From Setoptus koraiensis (taxonomy: Eukaryota > Animalia > Arthropoda), in the NCBI GenBank assembly GCA_048013815.1, contig CM106585.1, positions 6,076,001 through 6,140,000 on the forward strand: DNA of 64,000 bases. The letters run 5' to 3'. Of the stretch, positions 62,049-64,000 are shown piece by piece. How positions within the stretch are numbered: the first letter of the stretch is position 1; every line of letters starts with the position of its first letter. The translations under genes were made by a program, and so were the position numbers. The notes below the pieces were generated by a model. The model saw nothing but the letters and a program-made list of their open reading frames with translations. It was not told where the DNA came from and did not search any database.

Positions 62049-63263
62049 ATGCAGCTTGTGCAACAACAACACTGCCTCCACATGCCCAGTCTGCCAATGG
62101 GGCCCCAAACTCACCACCACCACCAACAACACCAACAGCAGCCGCAGCAGCAGCAGCTGAGCCAGCACAACTGCCACTATTCCATGTATGATTCTTACAG
62201 TTATGATTTGAACGACACCTTCAGCGACATACTGAGCGCCCCCTCGACGCCCGAGCCCCCGTTCGAGCCGCTCGACGCGCGCCAGCAGCACCACCTGGCC
62301 GCGTACGCGAGCACCATGGACACAATCACATCGATGGGCGCTGGCCCCAACGCCGCAAGCGTCACACACGTCACAAATATGAGCGCAAGTATCGCCACGA
62401 ACCCAAACGCAAGTATCACGCCAAACATGCACGCGAACGCGACCAACTCGAACCCGAACATGACGAATTCGAACATGACGAATTCGAACATGACGAATTC
62501 GAACATGACGAACTCGAACATGACGAACTCGAACATGACGAACTCGAACGCAAATACGGACACGAAAATGATGCAGCAGCAGCAGCAGTACCTGTGGCAG
62601 CCGCTGTCGCCGCCGGAATCGTCGCACTACGGCGAGGCCTCGCCCGGCTCCAGCTACTCGGTGGCCACGCCGGCCTCGTGCTATTGGTCGACGTCGCCCT
62701 CGCCACCCATGAACGCGTCGCCGTCGTCGTGCCTGTCGTCGTCGTCGTCGGCGCCCCCCACAGCCGCCAACACGCCATTGCATCATCAGAATCAGCAGCA
62801 TCAGCATCTCCATCAACAGCACCAACACCAACAACAACAACCACAGCACCAACAACAACACCATCAACACCAACACCAACAGCAACCTGTCCTACCCACC
62901 AGCACGCACCACCGGTCGTCGCCCATTCACCTGTGGGAATTTCTCAAAGAGCTGCTCCAGCAGCAGCAGCTCCAAAACAACAACAACCTAACAACCGCCG
63001 TGACCGACAGCGACGCGCACCAGCACAGCCAAAGCAACCAAACTGTCACCATCATCAGGTGGCTCGACAGACAAAAGGGCGTCTTCAAGATCGAGGACTC
63101 GGTGAAAGTGGCCAAGCTGTGGGGCAAGCGCAAGAACAAGCCCAAGATGAATTACGACAAGCTAAGTCGCTCGATAAGGCAATATTACAAGAAGGGCATC
63201 ATGAAGAAGACAGACCGATCTCAGCGCCTCGTCTATCAGTTTTGTCCGGCCTACTGCCAATAG
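62049..63263 (+). CDS. Ets98B: ETS transcription factor, SPDEF/Ets98B class (404 aa, single coding exon)
   Basis: The C-terminal ETS domain IHLWEFLKELL..IRWLDRQKGVFKIEDSVKVAKLWGKRKNKPKMNYDKLSRSIRQYYKKGIMKKTDRSQRLVYQF is typical of the PDEF subfamily. Confidence 0.9.
   Translation: MQLVQQQHCLHMPSLPMGPQTHHHHQQHQQQPQQQQLSQHNCHYSMYDSYSYDLNDTFSDILSAPSTPEPPFEPLDARQQHHLAAYASTMDTITSMGAGPNAASVTHVTNMSASIATNPNASITPNMHANATNSNPNMTNSNMTNSNMTNSNMTNSNMTNSNMTNSNANTDTKMMQQQQQYLWQPLSPPESSHYGEASPGSSYSVATPASCYWSTSPSPPMNASPSSCLSSSSSAPPTAANTPLHHQNQQHQHLHQQHQHQQQQPQHQQQHHQHQHQQQPVLPTSTHHRSSPIHLWEFLKELLQQQQLQNNNNLTTAVTDSDAHQHSQSNQTVTIIRWLDRQKGVFKIEDSVKVAKLWGKRKNKPKMNYDKLSRSIRQYYKKGIMKKTDRSQRLVYQFCPAYCQ
62457..62546 (+). 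repeat. Coding 15-bp repeat x6 (NMTNS) in the ETS gene
   Basis: AACATGACGAA(T/C)TCG x6, in frame. Confidence 0.95.
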
Positions 63264-64000
63264 CCGATGCCGACACCACCACTCAAGGTACGTATCACAA
63301 ATTGCAATTTGCAGAGCCACTTGCCTATGCTGATTTTCCTATGCTGGCCAGATATTTCGTTTCGTCAGAAATTTCATGTAACAGCGGCACAATGTTGGAC
63401 GAAACGTTTCGCCGGAGAGAGAATTCACCATGTTGCATGACGATGAATTCTTTTTTCATTGTCGAAATTGATTATTGGTTAGCGGCTGTACAGGGTGTCG
63501 CGCCGACAGTGGATCGCCTGTGCCGCTGTCGGGCGCGCATTCGGCGCATTCGGCGCATTTGGCGCATTTGGCGCAACTTGTTGCGCGCACCGAGCGCACC
63601 GAACCGGGCGGCCGAACGCTGTGCGCGCAACAAGTCGACCAAACTGGCGCAACGGCCTGTACACGCGCCAGCACGAGATAATGGAGCGACCAGCGAAGCG
63701 CCAGACAATTCTGGCGGCGCTCCCAGCATTCTGGCCACTTCTGGCCGGCGCTGGTCAGCGTGCCTGTGCGTTCGGGGGCAGCGAGAAGCCGAAAGAAAGG
63801 CCAGCGAACGCCGAGAGAAGCCGAAAGAACGGCCAGCGAACGCCGAGAGAACGAGAGAACGGCCAGCGAACGAGAGAATAACGAGCGAGCGAGAGATGAG
63901 CGGAGAAAGTAATAATAATGATAATAATCGAAATGATGTTCCCTTGTTGTTGCTGCTCTGTAACAAATCGACCAGTCAAGGTCACCGACAGCCCGACAAC

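Overview
Eukaryotic (arthropod) genomic DNA with spliceosomal introns. I found no rRNA, tRNA, CRISPR array or transposase. The PC1/3-type convertase, the Dscam-like Ig gene and homopolymer-rich proteins fit a chelicerate, probably a compact-genome mite (inference). Gene order: 3' part of a Plexin-B (+, 11.4-29.8 kb; most Sema exons lie upstream of the window), cullin-5 (-), an 89-aa miniature ATP6AP2 (+), NEK6/7 (-), PC1/3-like convertase (+), a two-Ig Dscam-like gene (-), NRF-6/acyltransferase-3 (-), a candidate small secreted gene near 56 kb (+), an apparently inactive M14 carboxypeptidase (+), a Lys-rich secreted protein (+) and an SPDEF/Ets98B-type ETS factor (+). The main theme is remodelled architecture: several conserved proteins have lost whole domains (ATP6AP2 ectodomain, plexin IPT stalk, ETS PNT domain, possibly Dscam constant region), while others gained large low-complexity insertions. 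Non-coding DNA carries microsatellites, intron-specific minisatellites, long perfect palindromes and a hairpin with competing pairings. All gene models were built by eye from splice signals, reading phase and remembered family motifs; no database searches were run.
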